DNA of 64,000 nt from Gammaproteobacteria bacterium (GTDB lineage: Bacteria; Pseudomonadota; Gammaproteobacteria; Steroidobacterales; JABDLF01). Under the pieces are notes generated by a model, which was given only the letters and a program-made list of their open reading frames with translations, had not been told where the DNA came from and did not search any database. The DNA lies in contig JBFGOQ010000001.1 of the NCBI GenBank assembly GCA_041565075.1, forward strand, positions 30,340-94,339, written 5' to 3'. Positions within the stretch are counted from its first letter, which is position 1; each line of letters begins with the position of its first letter. Shown piece after piece: positions 42,236 through 54,010 of the stretch. Position numbers and translations under genes: made by a program.

Positions 42236-42502
42236 GGTCAGTTCCGGACCTGTGCCGTCCCGCCAGGGGCCGGACTTGCAAAATGGTTGCTAAAAGGGTG
42301 AAATACGAAAAACGCGCGTTGCGGGTCCGCCACGCGAACCGAAAGACGCTACCAGCCCAATTTTCCACGGAAGTCTCGAGCGAGCCCGCTCATTGTGCCT
42401 CAACCGGACTCCCGCGTCACATATTCAGAAAACGCTGGTCCACCGAATTTACGATTCATTAAACATACTCAGCCAAGCTGCAATGATCCGGAGGGATACG
42501 AC

Positions 42503-42825
42503 GTGAGCGATCACATCCTTGAAACTTCTGACGCCACCTTTGAAGACGATGTATTGAAAGCACAGGAGCCGGTACTGCTGGATTTCTGGGCTGAGTGGTG
42601 CGGCCCGTGCAAGATGATTGCACCCATCCTCGAAGAGGTCGCCGAGGAATATTCCGGGCGCCTCAAGGTTGCCAAGATCGATATTGATAACAACCCGCAA
42701 ACGCCGCCAAAGTTTGGCATTCGCGGAATTCCTACACTGATGCTGTTCAAGAACGGCAACGTCGAAGCGCAGAAGGTGGGCGCGCTCTCCAAGTCCCAGC
42801 TTTCTGCTTTCCTGGATACCAACTT

Positions 42826-42829
<4 letters not shown>
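42503..42829 (+). CDS. trxA: Thioredoxin 1
   Basis: The 108-aa protein starts at a GTG preceded by GGAGGG. It reads [40 protein letters not shown].... Confidence 0.93.
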
Positions 42830-44277
<1,448 letters not shown>

Positions 44278-44303
44278 CCGCTACGAGATTGGCTGTGGTG
44301 AGA

Positions 44304-44846
44304 ATGCGATTGTTGCTTGGCCTGGGTGTGGTCACCTTATGCGCGGGCTGCGCAAGCAGTGCGCCGGTCATTGCCCAGGCACCGGTGCCGTCGGCGCCCG
44401 CCACAGCCTGTCAGGCCGATGAATTCCGCCATTTTGATTTCTGGATTGGCGACTGGGACGTTATGGTCGCCGACGGCAAGAAGGCCGGCGATAATTCTAT
44501 CAAGCCGATTCATGGTGGTTGCGCTCTGCAAGAAAGCTATCAGTCAGCGGGCGGTTACCGCGGACAGAGTTTCAATATTTATGACGCGACGCGCCAGGTA
44601 TGGCATCAAACCTGGGTTGATAATACCGGGCTGTTGTTGACGATCGAGGGTGGTTTGCGAGACGGCAGCATGGTGATGACTGGCACGCGTGCCCGGCAGA
44701 CGCCCCAGGGCGAGGTGCTTGACCGCATCAGTTGGACGCCTAATGAAGATGGAACAGTGCGGCAAGTCTGGGAAGTCTCCGCGGATGAGGGCGGCAGCTG
44801 GCGGGTAATATTCGACGGCACCTACCGTCGCAAGACCGCCTCCTAG
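44304..44846 (+). CDS. Hypothetical lipoprotein
   Basis: MRLLLGLGVVTLCAGC has a lipobox. The mature part (FDFWIGDWDV...) is globular. No family was assigned. Confidence 0.6.
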   Translation: MRLLLGLGVVTLCAGCASSAPVIAQAPVPSAPATACQADEFRHFDFWIGDWDVMVADGKKAGDNSIKPIHGGCALQESYQSAGGYRGQSFNIYDATRQVWHQTWVDNTGLLLTIEGGLRDGSMVMTGTRARQTPQGEVLDRISWTPNEDGTVRQVWEVSADEGGSWRVIFDGTYRRKTAS

Positions 44847-44851
44847 AAAAA

Positions 44852-46144
44852 TCAGGCTTCGAGTGCTTGCTCCCGGGCGATCGCCCGGTGACCGATATCC
44901 CGGCGCAGGAAACAACCCTCCCAGCTGATTTGCGCTGCGGCATCGTAGGCAATGTCTGCTGCCCGGGCGACACTTTCGGCCAGCGCGGTCACGCATAAAA
45001 CACGACCGCCACTGGTCACTACCTTGCCATCTCTGCTGGTAGTTCCGGCATGGAACACCTTCAGATTTTCACGCTCCGCGGGCAAGCCGCGGATCGCGTG
45101 GCCTTTTGAGTAACTCCCGGGATATCCGCCGGCCGCCATCACGACGCCCAGCGCTGCCCGGGAATCCCATGCCACTTGCTGTCGATCCAGCTTGCCTGCC
45201 AGCGCGGCCAGGCACAGTTCGCTCAGCGGGCTCTTAAGGCGCATTATCACCGGTTGGGTCTCGGGGTCACCGAAGCGGCAATTAAATTCCAGTACCTTGA
45301 TACTGCCGTCTCCCGCCACCATCAGCCCGGCATACAGAAAGCCGACGTAGGGTGTACCCTCCCGGGCCAGACCACGCACCGTCGGGATCATGATCTCAGT
45401 CATGATGCGCGTATGGACCTCCGGGGTAACCACCGGCGCCGGCGAATAAGCACCCATGCCCCCGGTATTCGGGCCCCTGTCGCTTTCGTCGCGCGCCTTG
45501 TGGTCCTGAGAGCTCGCCAGCGGCAAGATATGCTTGCCGTCGACCATGGCGATAAAACTCGCTTCCTCGCCGACCAGAAAATCTTCGACCACGATTTGCT
45601 TGCCCGCATCACCAAACCGGTTCTCGCCAAGCATGCTTCGGGCAGCGGCGCAGGCTTGCGCCGTGCTGTCGGCGATAATCACACCTTTGCCTGCCGCCAG
45701 GCCGTCCGCTTTGACCACCAGCGGGGCGCCGCGCTCGTTGATCCAGCGCTCTGCAGCATCGATGTCGGTAAATTTCCGATAGTCGGCAGTAGCAATATCG
45801 TGGCGCGCAAGAAAGTCCTTGGTAAAGGCCTTGGAACCTTCGAGTTGTGCCGCGGCCGCTGACGGACCGAAACAGGGCAGCCCGGCTTCGCCAAACCGGT
45901 CACAGATGCCTGTTACAAGCGGTGCCTCGGGCCCGACGATAGTCAGGTCGAGATTTTCTGTGCGCGCAAATTTGACCAGCGCCGCTATATCCTCTGCCGC
46001 TATGTCGAGGTTGCTGACACCAGGTTCGGCCGCGGTGCCCGCGTTTCCAGGCGCAACAAATACAGCGTCAACGCGGTCTTCCCGGCTGAGGTGCCAGGCC
46101 AGAGCATGTTCACGACCCCCGCTGCCAACAACAAGTACCCGCAT
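44852..46144 (-). CDS. purD: Phosphoribosylamine--glycine ligase PurD
   Basis: From [19 protein letters not shown] the protein is 430 aa with an ATP-grasp layout. Confidence 0.93.
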   Translation of the reverse strand: MRVLVVGSGGREHALAWHLSREDRVDAVFVAPGNAGTAAEPGVSNLDIAAEDIAALVKFARTENLDLTIVGPEAPLVTGICDRFGEAGLPCFGPSAAAAQLEGSKAFTKDFLARHDIATADYRKFTDIDAAERWINERGAPLVVKADGLAAGKGVIIADSTAQACAAARSMLGENRFGDAGKQIVVEDFLVGEEASFIAMVDGKHILPLASSQDHKARDESDRGPNTGGMGAYSPAPVVTPEVHTRIMTEIMIPTVRGLAREGTPYVGFLYAGLMVAGDGSIKVLEFNCRFGDPETQPVIMRLKSPLSELCLAALAGKLDRQQVAWDSRAALGVVMAAGGYPGSYSKGHAIRGLPAERENLKVFHAGTTSRDGKVVTSGGRVLCVTALAESVARAADIAYDAAAQISWEGCFLRRDIGHRAIAREQALEA

Positions 46145-46175
46145 TCCTGTACCTCTCAGGCCTGGGCCAGACTGG

Positions 46176-47741
46176 TCAATGCCGGAAATGGCGCATGCCG
46201 GTAAACACCATGGCCATACCGTGTTCGTCGGCGGCGGCGATGACTTCAGGATCCTTACGCGAGCCACCGGGCTGAATGACGGCAATTACGCCGTGTTCGG
46301 CCGCAGCGTCAAGCCCGTCGCGAAACGGGAAGAACGCGTCCGATGCCATCACCGATCCCTTGACCGCGAAGCCATGGTCCGCTGCCTGCATGGCTGCGAC
46401 CCGCGCGCTATAGACCCGGCTCATCTGACCTGCCCCGATACCTATCGTGACCTGGTCCTTGGCATAGACAATTGCATTGGACTTGACGTACTTGACGACC
46501 TTCCAGGCGAACAGGAGATCGCGCATTTCATGCTCATCCGGCCTGCGTTGCGATACTACTTCCAGGTCTTGCTGGCGCACGAGTCCATCATCACGATCCT
46601 GCACCAGTAATCCACCGCTCACGCGCTGATAGTCCAGGGCCGGCATGCGGTCCATGTCCCACCAGCCGGTACTCAATATCCGCAGATTCTTTTTTTCTGC
46701 AAGCAAAGCCAGGGCATCCTCGGCAACTTCCGGCGCGATGATTAGCTCGGCAAATTGATTTTGCAGAATAGCCTTGGCAGTCAGGGGATCCAGCGCGCGA
46801 TTCAGAGCAATGATGCCGCCAAATGCGGACACAGGATCTGCAGCATGGGCCCGGGTGTAGGCTGCCAGGATATCCTGATCGGTGGCAACCCCGCAGGGAT
46901 TTGCGTGCTTGACGATGACACAAGCAGGCTCGTAAAACTGCCGCACGCACTCCAGCGCCGCATCGGCGTCGGCGATGTTGTTATAAGAGAGCGTTTTGCC
47001 CTGCAACTGGCGCGCCACCGCTATAGCCGCCTCGCCGGAGGTGCGTTCGACATAAAACGCCGCTTCCTGGTGCGGATTCTCGCCGTAGCGCAAGTCCATG
47101 CGCTTGTAAAGTTGCTGATTGAATATGCCTGGCAACTTTTCGCTGTCCTGCGCATTAAGATGCGAGCTGAGATAAGACGAAATTAAACCGTCGTAGCGCG
47201 CGGTATGAGCGAAAGCGCGCGTGGCAAGGCGCCGGCGCAGCTCGTCGGGCACGACATTGTCGTTGTCGCGCATGCTCGCCAGCACTTCCGCGTATTCCTG
47301 CGGATCCGTTACCACCGTTACCCAGCGATGGTTCTTGGCCGCCGAGCGAATCATCGCCGGGCCGCCGATATCTATTTGCTCGATAGCGCGTTCCAGACTG
47401 CAATCAGGCTGCGCAATAGTCTTTGCAAACGGATACAGGTTTACCACCAGCAGATCGATGTTGCCGATATTGTGCTCTGCCATTACTGCTGAGTCCTGAT
47501 CACGCCGCCCGAGAAGCCCGCCGTGTACCGCGGGATGCAGCGTCTTTACGCGACCATCCATGATTTCCGGAAAGCCGGTGTAAGAGGAAATGTCTGTAAC
47601 CTCGATTGCCTGCTCGCGCAGCAGCTTTGCAGTGCCGCCAGTGGAAATAATTTCAACGCCGGACTGGGCAAGCCCGCGGGCGAAATCGGTAATACCCTGC
47701 TTGTCGGAAACGCTTATGAGCGCCCGCTTGATTGCTTGCAT
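46176..47741 (-). CDS. purH: Bifunctional AICAR transformylase / IMP cyclohydrolase PurH
   Basis: The 521-aa ORF begins [24 protein letters not shown] and ends ...FTGMRHFRH. Confidence 0.95.
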   Translation of the reverse strand: MQAIKRALISVSDKQGITDFARGLAQSGVEIISTGGTAKLLREQAIEVTDISSYTGFPEIMDGRVKTLHPAVHGGLLGRRDQDSAVMAEHNIGNIDLLVVNLYPFAKTIAQPDCSLERAIEQIDIGGPAMIRSAAKNHRWVTVVTDPQEYAEVLASMRDNDNVVPDELRRRLATRAFAHTARYDGLISSYLSSHLNAQDSEKLPGIFNQQLYKRMDLRYGENPHQEAAFYVERTSGEAAIAVARQLQGKTLSYNNIADADAALECVRQFYEPACVIVKHANPCGVATDQDILAAYTRAHAADPVSAFGGIIALNRALDPLTAKAILQNQFAELIIAPEVAEDALALLAEKKNLRILSTGWWDMDRMPALDYQRVSGGLLVQDRDDGLVRQQDLEVVSQRRPDEHEMRDLLFAWKVVKYVKSNAIVYAKDQVTIGIGAGQMSRVYSARVAAMQAADHGFAVKGSVMASDAFFPFRDGLDAAAEHGVIAVIQPGGSRKDPEVIAAADEHGMAMVFTGMRHFRH

Positions 47742-47775
47742 AGGCTTAATTCCCGCGCCCCTGTGGCGTGGCCGA

Positions 47776-48084
47776 TCAACCGAAAGATTTATCTAACAAT
47801 CTGTATTGCTTGAGTTTTTTTCTGAGCGTGCCGCGGTTTATACCGAGAATGCCGGCGGCTTTGCTCTGATTGCCGTGCGAAAACTTCATGACCGTTTTCA
47901 ACAGCGGCTCTTCGACTTCGCCAAGCACCAGGTCATAAAGATCACCGGGCGAATGCCCGTTGAGACGATCAAAGTAGGACTTGAGCGCGTCTTCAGTATG
48001 GTCTCTGAGAGGCTTGCGTTCGGACTTGAAACGAATTGTTGATTGCTTTTTCTTGGCGCGACTTTTTTTCTTAGTAACGACCAC
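47776..48084 (-). CDS. fis: DNA-binding protein Fis (Lys-rich N-terminus)
   Basis: The C-terminal HTH reads [24 protein letters not shown]. It lies 18 nt after dusB, as in the classical dusB-fis operon. Confidence 0.9.
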   Translation of the reverse strand: MVVTKKKSRAKKKQSTIRFKSERKPLRDHTEDALKSYFDRLNGHSPGDLYDLVLGEVEEPLLKTVMKFSHGNQSKAAGILGINRGTLRKKLKQYRLLDKSFG

Positions 48085-48102
48085 AACACTGACTCCGAGA
48101 TT

Positions 48103-49107
48103 TTATGCGGCCTGCTCACCCCGTTGAGCGAGACCGGCAAAGTAACGACTTGTAAGTTCTATCTGTTCCTGCGCGGTTTCCAGTCGCACGACCTGGTGCC
48201 GATAATTTCCGGCTTCGGCATGACCGCGGCAATACCATCCCAGGTGCTTTCTTGCAATTCGCACACCCGCTTTTTCACCGTAGAAGCGATGCAGGTTTTG
48301 CACGTGGCCGAGCATGATATCACGGACTTCGAGAGGCGCCAGAGCGGGCAGTTCAAGGCCGGTCTTCAGGTAATGATCTATGTGCCTGAAAAGCCATGGG
48401 CGTCCCTGGGCGGCCCGCCCTATCATCACCCCGGCCGCGCCGGTGTAGTCGAGAATCTTGCGCGCTTTTTGCGGTGTGTCAATGTCACCATTGACAAAAA
48501 CCGGGATACCCACTTCCCGGCAAATGTCACGAACGGTCTCATACTCTGCGCTGCCGCTGAAACGGCACTGACGTGTGCGACCGTGCACTGCCAGAGCCTG
48601 CACGCCACTTTCCTCGGCGAGCACCGCGACTTCGACACCGTTGCGTTGCTCAGGCGACCAGCCGGTTCTTGTTTTCAAGGTCACCGGAACGTCGACTGCA
48701 TCGACTACGCTCATTAAAATGCGCCGCACATTATCCGTGTCGCGTAGCAGGGCCGATCCAGCTGCCCGCTTGCATACTTTCTTGGCGGGGCAGCCCATAT
48801 TGATGTCGATGACCTGTGCGCCGCGCCGTACGTTTTCCCTGGCGGCCTGCACCATCATGGCGGCGTCCGCGCCGGCAATCTGCACGACCCGCGGTTCCGG
48901 TTCTCCTTCGTGATCCAGACGCAGTCTGCTTTTACGCGAATTCCACAGACGCATATCCGCAGTAACCATCTCGGAGGCGGCGAGGCCGGCACCGAGCCGT
49001 CTGCATAGCAGCCTGAATGGCCGGTCGGTGATCCCCGCCATCGGTGCCAGGGCCAGCCTGTTGGCGAGAGCAAAGGGTCCGATGACGGGCGCCTTATGCT
49101 GCGTCAT
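48103..49107 (-). CDS. dusB: tRNA-dihydrouridine synthase B
   Basis: It carries LAPMAGITDRPFR and an FMN-binding TIM-barrel layout. Start Met14 was chosen to avoid overlap with the upstream gene. Confidence 0.9.
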   Translation of the reverse strand: MTQHKAPVIGPFALANRLALAPMAGITDRPFRLLCRRLGAGLAASEMVTADMRLWNSRKSRLRLDHEGEPEPRVVQIAGADAAMMVQAARENVRRGAQVIDINMGCPAKKVCKRAAGSALLRDTDNVRRILMSVVDAVDVPVTLKTRTGWSPEQRNGVEVAVLAEESGVQALAVHGRTRQCRFSGSAEYETVRDICREVGIPVFVNGDIDTPQKARKILDYTGAAGVMIGRAAQGRPWLFRHIDHYLKTGLELPALAPLEVRDIMLGHVQNLHRFYGEKAGVRIARKHLGWYCRGHAEAGNYRHQVVRLETAQEQIELTSRYFAGLAQRGEQAA

Positions 49108-49121
49108 GACCGCTTTGTCCA

Positions 49122-50117
49122 TCAGTAAGCGCTGTCGTGAGCGCAAGTAAGTTTATTGCCCGCGTCGCGCAGACAAGCGTCAATGCCGTAACTGACTGCC
49201 CCGGCTCCCGGGTCCACGATTAACACACTCGCCTCGACGGTCTCTCCGGCTGCAATCAAGCTGCCGGCGCCGGCAGGTTCGGCAAGATATTCGGCGGGTG
49301 CAAAAAAACGTTCGCCTAGCGGTTCGCCCCAGCGGTCGAGCAAGGTGATCTTGAGTAGCGGATAGGGCTGTGCGAGGGCTGCCGTATTAGCCACCATGGC
49401 ATTGACCAGCAATGCGCCGGGCACTTCGGGGTGATCGCTGACCGTGTCCTTCTCTACACTGTATTTCTGGATGTCCCAGTGCTCCGGTAACGGTGCACCA
49501 AGCGAAGAATAAAAAGATTCTAGCCAGGGCGTGAGCGCCGGTGACTTGGCCAGGTCTTCTCGCCAGTAATGTATGGACTGCGCAACCAGGGCGATCCCCG
49601 CAAGTGCAGCGGCGACTGCCCATGGCCAGGTGCGACGGCGGCGCTCGGTGCTAAGTAACCATTCAGCGTGGTCAGCGGGTTCGGCCAGGCTGATCTCGTC
49701 CTCGTGGCCCTCGTCGTCCTCTTCGACCGCCTCGTCGGCGTCGTCGCCCCGCGATTCATTGAGACCGAGCTCTGCGAGTTTCTGCTCCCAGCGGCTTTGC
49801 TCGAGCGATTTGACCTCGTCTTCCCCTACCGGTTCGTCGTCGGGCGCCCAGTCCTGTTCTTGATCGTCATCAGCACTCTGTTCCGGGAAGAGGTCTCCGG
49901 AACGGCGTAACGATTCCGGTTCCTGGTCGTCGTCGGATTGCGTGATGCCCTCCAGCGAATGCAATTGCAGCTGCTCGCCCGGCGGAATATCCGTGAGACT
50001 GACCAGCGCATTAAAAATCTTGTCGCATTCGCCGCAACAGACACGGCCATCGGCCGCCTTGAGATCGTCAATGTCGAGTTCAAAGATGGTCTTGCATTCG
50101 GGACACTGGGTAAACAC
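49122..50117 (-). CDS. MJ0042-type zinc-ribbon / DUF3426 protein with an acidic linker
   Basis: MFTQCPECKTIFELDIDDLKAADGRVCCGECDKIFNAL is followed by an Asp/Glu-rich linker, one TM segment and a DUF3426-like C-terminal domain. Confidence 0.75.
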   Translation of the reverse strand: MFTQCPECKTIFELDIDDLKAADGRVCCGECDKIFNALVSLTDIPPGEQLQLHSLEGITQSDDDQEPESLRRSGDLFPEQSADDDQEQDWAPDDEPVGEDEVKSLEQSRWEQKLAELGLNESRGDDADEAVEEDDEGHEDEISLAEPADHAEWLLSTERRRRTWPWAVAAALAGIALVAQSIHYWREDLAKSPALTPWLESFYSSLGAPLPEHWDIQKYSVEKDTVSDHPEVPGALLVNAMVANTAALAQPYPLLKITLLDRWGEPLGERFFAPAEYLAEPAGAGSLIAAGETVEASVLIVDPGAGAVSYGIDACLRDAGNKLTCAHDSAY

Positions 50118-50145
50118 GATGAATCTCTATAACTTGCGGCCGGTT

Positions 50146-51036
50146 TCAGTGACGCCGACGCCCTGACAGCAAAGCCCAGCCATCTCGTCTGTCGACCGGG
50201 CTTAATGCAAACGCCGATTCAAAAACTCCGTGCATGCTCGCTATCTGTTCCTCAAGTATCCCCGCCAGGGCGATTTGCCCGCCCGGCGCCACCAGATCGG
50301 CAAATCGCGGTGCCAGTTGACGCAACGGGCCGGAGAGTATATTCGCGACCAGTATATCGGTTTCGCAATCACCCAAGTCATCCGGCCGCAGCACTGCGAT
50401 CTTGTTCTCCAGGGAATTGTGTGCCGCGTTGTCGCGTGTCGCCAACAGCGCCTGGGGGTCAATGTCGGTGGCCAGGACACGGGCTGCTCCGAGGCGGGCA
50501 GCAGCCAGTGCGAGTATTCCCGAGCCGCATCCGTAGTCGATAAGCGAGCGTCCCTCAATATCCGCACGACACAACCAGTCGAGGCACAAGGCGGTACTCG
50601 GGTGAGACCCGGTACCAAAGGCAAGCCCCGGGTCCAGATCTACGACCAGGGCGCGGGGATCTTCAGGGCGCTGTCCGTCCTGGCAAATCCAGAGCTTGGA
50701 GCCAAAGCACAAGGGCCGGAAATTCTTGCGCCACTCATTACACCAATCGCGCTCAGGCAGGGGCTCGACAGTGATGCAGGAAACCTCGATGCCGAGGCGG
50801 TCGGCCAGCGCGCCGCGCAGTTGCTCGCCCGCGTGAGCATCGTGATCGTCTCCTTCAAACAGTGCGGACAGGCGGGTTTGTGGCCAGACCGGAGTCGTGC
50901 CCGGTGGTGGCTCGAGGACCGGGTCATCAGCTGCGTCGGCAAGGGTCACAGACAGGGCGCCAAGGCACTCACAATCAGCCTGCACCGCCTCCGGATTCAT
51001 ATCTTTGAGATCCATGCTGAGCTGCAGCCAGGCCAT
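50146..51036 (-). CDS. prmA: Ribosomal protein L11 methyltransferase PrmA
   Basis: It starts MAWLQLSMDL and has the SAM motif LIDYGCGSGILA. It follows accC, as in many gammaproteobacteria. Confidence 0.9.
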   Translation of the reverse strand: MAWLQLSMDLKDMNPEAVQADCECLGALSVTLADAADDPVLEPPPGTTPVWPQTRLSALFEGDDHDAHAGEQLRGALADRLGIEVSCITVEPLPERDWCNEWRKNFRPLCFGSKLWICQDGQRPEDPRALVVDLDPGLAFGTGSHPSTALCLDWLCRADIEGRSLIDYGCGSGILALAAARLGAARVLATDIDPQALLATRDNAAHNSLENKIAVLRPDDLGDCETDILVANILSGPLRQLAPRFADLVAPGGQIALAGILEEQIASMHGVFESAFALSPVDRRDGWALLSGRRRH

Positions 51037-51049
51037 GCCGCCTCCGGGT

Positions 51050-52420
51050 TCAGTGACCGAGCTTTTTCTCAAGATAATGAATATTGGTACCGCCTTTCAT
51101 GAAGCCAGCGTCGGCGAGTATGTCCTGATGCAACTGAATATTTGTGACAATGCCTTCGACCACGAGCTCGCCGAGCGCGCCTCTCATGCGCGCGAGAGCA
51201 GCATTACGGTCTTCGCCATAGCAAATCAGCTTGCCGATCAGGCTGTCGTAAAAAGGTGGAACGGTATAGCCGCTATAGACATGTGAGTCCACGCGCACGC
51301 CGGGTCCGCCCGGCGCATGCCATTGACGCACCGGTCCGGGGGAAGGCGTGAATTTGCGCGGATCCTCAGCATTTATGCGACATTCAATAGCGTGTCCCCG
51401 CAGGGTTATGTCTTTTTGCCGATAGCCAAGCGGATTGCCGGCAGCGACCCTGAGCTGTTCCTTAACCAGGTCGATGCCGGTAATGAGTTCGGTGACCGGG
51501 TGTTCAACCTGAATCCGTGTGTTCATTTCGATGAAATAAAATTCGTCATCCTGGTAAAGGAATTCGAAAGTTCCGGCTCCGCGGTAAGAGATTTCTTTGC
51601 ACGCCTGAACGCAGCGTTCGCCAATTGCACGGCGTTGTTTTTCAGTAATTCCGGGGGCAGGCGCTTCTTCGATTACTTTCTGATGTCGACGCTGCATTGA
51701 GCAGTCGCGTTCGCCGAGGTGGATCGCGTTGCCGTGATTGTCGGCGAGTATCTGGAATTCCACGTGCCGCGGCTTTTCCAGGAACTTTTCCATATAGACA
51801 GTGCCGTTACCGAAAGCTGCCTCGGCTTCCGCACGGGTTGTAGTGACGGCATTGTGCAAGGCTGCTTCAGTGCGCACCACCCGCATGCCGCGGCCGCCAC
51901 CGCCACCGGCGGCCTTGATAATGACCGGATACCCGATATCACGGGCCAGGCGCACTATTTCTTCCGCATCTTTACCAAGTGCGCCCTCTGATCCTGGCAC
52001 ACAGGGAACGCCGGCATTTTTCATGCGTTGAATTGCGGAAACCTTGTCGCCCATGAGTCGAATGGTTTCTGCTTTGGGGCCAACGAATATAAAGCCGCTG
52101 TTTTCGACCCGCTCTGCAAAGTCGGCATTTTCAGCCAGAAAGCCGTAGCCGGGATGGATAGCCACCGCGTCCGTAACCTCTGCGGCGCTGATGATGGCGG
52201 GCATATTCAGGTAACTTTCACTGGATTTGGGCGGGCCGATGCACACGGTTTCGTCAGCCAGCAAGACATGCTTTTGGTAACGATCGGCCGTGGAGTACAC
52301 GGCCACGGTGCGGATACCCAGCTCCCGGCAGGCACGCAGGATACGCAGGGCGATCTCGCCGCGATTGGCAATAACGACTTTGTCGAGTTTCTTTTTGCTC
52401 ACAGCACGCTTGACGGCCAT
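51050..52420 (-). CDS. accC: Acetyl-CoA carboxylase biotin carboxylase subunit AccC
   Basis: [23 protein letters not shown] is followed by an ATP-grasp domain. The ORF is 456 aa. Confidence 0.95.
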   Translation of the reverse strand: MAVKRAVSKKKLDKVVIANRGEIALRILRACRELGIRTVAVYSTADRYQKHVLLADETVCIGPPKSSESYLNMPAIISAAEVTDAVAIHPGYGFLAENADFAERVENSGFIFVGPKAETIRLMGDKVSAIQRMKNAGVPCVPGSEGALGKDAEEIVRLARDIGYPVIIKAAGGGGGRGMRVVRTEAALHNAVTTTRAEAEAAFGNGTVYMEKFLEKPRHVEFQILADNHGNAIHLGERDCSMQRRHQKVIEEAPAPGITEKQRRAIGERCVQACKEISYRGAGTFEFLYQDDEFYFIEMNTRIQVEHPVTELITGIDLVKEQLRVAAGNPLGYRQKDITLRGHAIECRINAEDPRKFTPSPGPVRQWHAPGGPGVRVDSHVYSGYTVPPFYDSLIGKLICYGEDRNAALARMRGALGELVVEGIVTNIQLHQDILADAGFMKGGTNIHYLEKKLGH

Positions 52421-52884
52421 TACTCTATGAGGAACAGCGGCTGGCCGAACTCAATAGGCTCTCCGTCGGCAGCCAGAATGTCCTTGATCCGGCCAGACCG
52501 ATCGGCCTCTATCTGGTTCATCATTTTCATAGCCTCGATGATGCAAACGGTGTCACCGGCATTCACTTCCTTGCCGATATCCACGAAGGGCGGCGAGCCG
52601 GGCGCCGGCGCACGATAAAAGGTACCCACCATGGGTGCGGTCAGGATTTGCCCGGAGGACGATTTGTCAGTCTCGACGCTGGCCGCAGGTGCACGCTCCT
52701 CGTTACCGGCGACCGCGGCCTGGGGCTGAACAGGTGGTGCAGGTGTGCTGACCTGAGTACTGACCGGTGAGGCGGATGGGTGCCTCACTATACGCACCGA
52801 ATCGTCACCCTCGGTGATCTCAATCTCTGCCATGCCGGACTCGTCCAGCAGCTCGATCAGTTTCTTTACCTTTCTGATGTCCAT
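52420..52884 (-). CDS. accB: Acetyl-CoA carboxylase biotin carboxyl carrier protein AccB
   Basis: It has the biotinylation motif [14 protein letters not shown] and a Pro/Ala linker. Confidence 0.95.
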   Translation of the reverse strand: MDIRKVKKLIELLDESGMAEIEITEGDDSVRIVRHPSASPVSTQVSTPAPPVQPQAAVAGNEERAPAASVETDKSSSGQILTAPMVGTFYRAPAPGSPPFVDIGKEVNAGDTVCIIEAMKMMNQIEADRSGRIKDILAADGEPIEFGQPLFLIE

Positions 52885-52912
52885 GCCTGTTTACCTGTGC
52901 AATGTTCGCCAA

Positions 52913-53377
52913 TCAGTGGCCGGCGGGCTGAGACGTACTCCGAACGAGCATCTTGTCGGCCGCTCGTAACGCCAGCACATAGCCCTGGGGACCCAGGCCC
53001 GCCACCACGCCAACAGCGAGGTCAGAGAAATATGAAGTCCTGCGAAACGGTTCGCGCGCATACACGTTGCTCAGGTGTATTTCGATAAATGGAATCCCGC
53101 AGGCGGCGACAGCGTCGCGCAAGGCCACGCTGGTGTGGGTGAAAGCGGCAGGGTTGAGCAACATAAAGTCGAAGCCCTGAGTGCGGGCCTCATGCATCCA
53201 TTCCACCATCTGGTGTTCGGCGTTGCTTTGCCGGGCCTCGATGCTATGCCCGAGGGTGCGGGCCTCGCTCGATAACTCCTGTTCGATTTCCGCCAGACTC
53301 GTATCGCCATAGGTGCCCGGCTCACGCTCTCCGAGCAAGTTGAGATTGGGGCCATTCAGAACCAGGAATTTCGCCAT
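52913..53377 (-). CDS. aroQ: Type II 3-dehydroquinate dehydratase
   Basis: [21 protein letters not shown]... in a 154-aa ORF. Confidence 0.93.
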   Translation of the reverse strand: MAKFLVLNGPNLNLLGEREPGTYGDTSLAEIEQELSSEARTLGHSIEARQSNAEHQMVEWMHEARTQGFDFMLLNPAAFTHTSVALRDAVAACGIPFIEIHLSNVYAREPFRRTSYFSDLAVGVVAGLGPQGYVLALRAADKMLVRSTSQPAGH

Positions 53378-53509
53378 GCCGTGGGGCCGGCACCGGGGCC
53401 GGACTTCTTGTTATTTGGAAGATGCCGGCAAGTTTATTACTTTTAGTCGCAGTTTGCCCGCCTTTTCGAAGATTTTGATGCGGCGGCGCAGCAGGGGTGG
53501 TAGCGCGGA

Positions 53510-54010
53510 CTAGGGCAGCAAAACCTCGATCGCATGCCGCGCGTCCTCCTCGCGCAGCTCTCCCGTATGCACCTCTATGACCCGGCCGCGGGCATCGATC
53601 AGGACCGTGTATGGCAGTCCGATGAACTCGATCCCCAGGGCGACGGCAAGATCGATGGCTGTCTGCTCGCCGATGAGAATTGGATAATTAAAAGCCATTT
53701 CCGCTGCAAGCTGGCGCACGGGTTCCGCTTCTTCCACCGCAATGCCTACCACCGTCAAGCCCTGATTTTCGGACTGCAAGGTCTTGAGTAAGGGAATCTC
53801 CCGGCGACAGGGCGGACACCATGTCGCCCAGAAATTTACCAGCAGGGGTCGGCCCCGAAATTCGGCCAGACTTCTTGCCTGGCCATCGAGGTCTTCGAGC
53901 ACAAATCCGTCGGGAACAGTCGGCGGGCGGGTCGCGAGGTATATGCCGAGGCCGGCAAGGAGCGCGCCGGCCAGCAGCACTGCACTGAATACTTTTTGCC
54001 AGCGATTCAT
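53510..54010 (-). CDS. TlpA-family periplasmic thiol:disulfide oxidoreductase
   Basis: It has one N-terminal TM segment and the motif WATWCPPCRREIP. The start overlaps the dsbD stop by 4 nt. Confidence 0.85.
   Translation of the reverse strand: MNRWQKVFSAVLLAGALLAGLGIYLATRPPTVPDGFVLEDLDGQARSLAEFRGRPLLVNFWATWCPPCRREIPLLKTLQSENQGLTVVGIAVEEAEPVRQLAAEMAFNYPILIGEQTAIDLAVALGIEFIGLPYTVLIDARGRVIEVHTGELREEDARHAIEVLLP

Noticed and set aside
42236-42502. The 267-bp rhlB-trxA intergenic region, inspected for regulatory RNA or CRP-type boxes.
   Set aside because: It holds only distant TGTGC...TCACA fragments with wrong spacing, and I saw no convincing structure.
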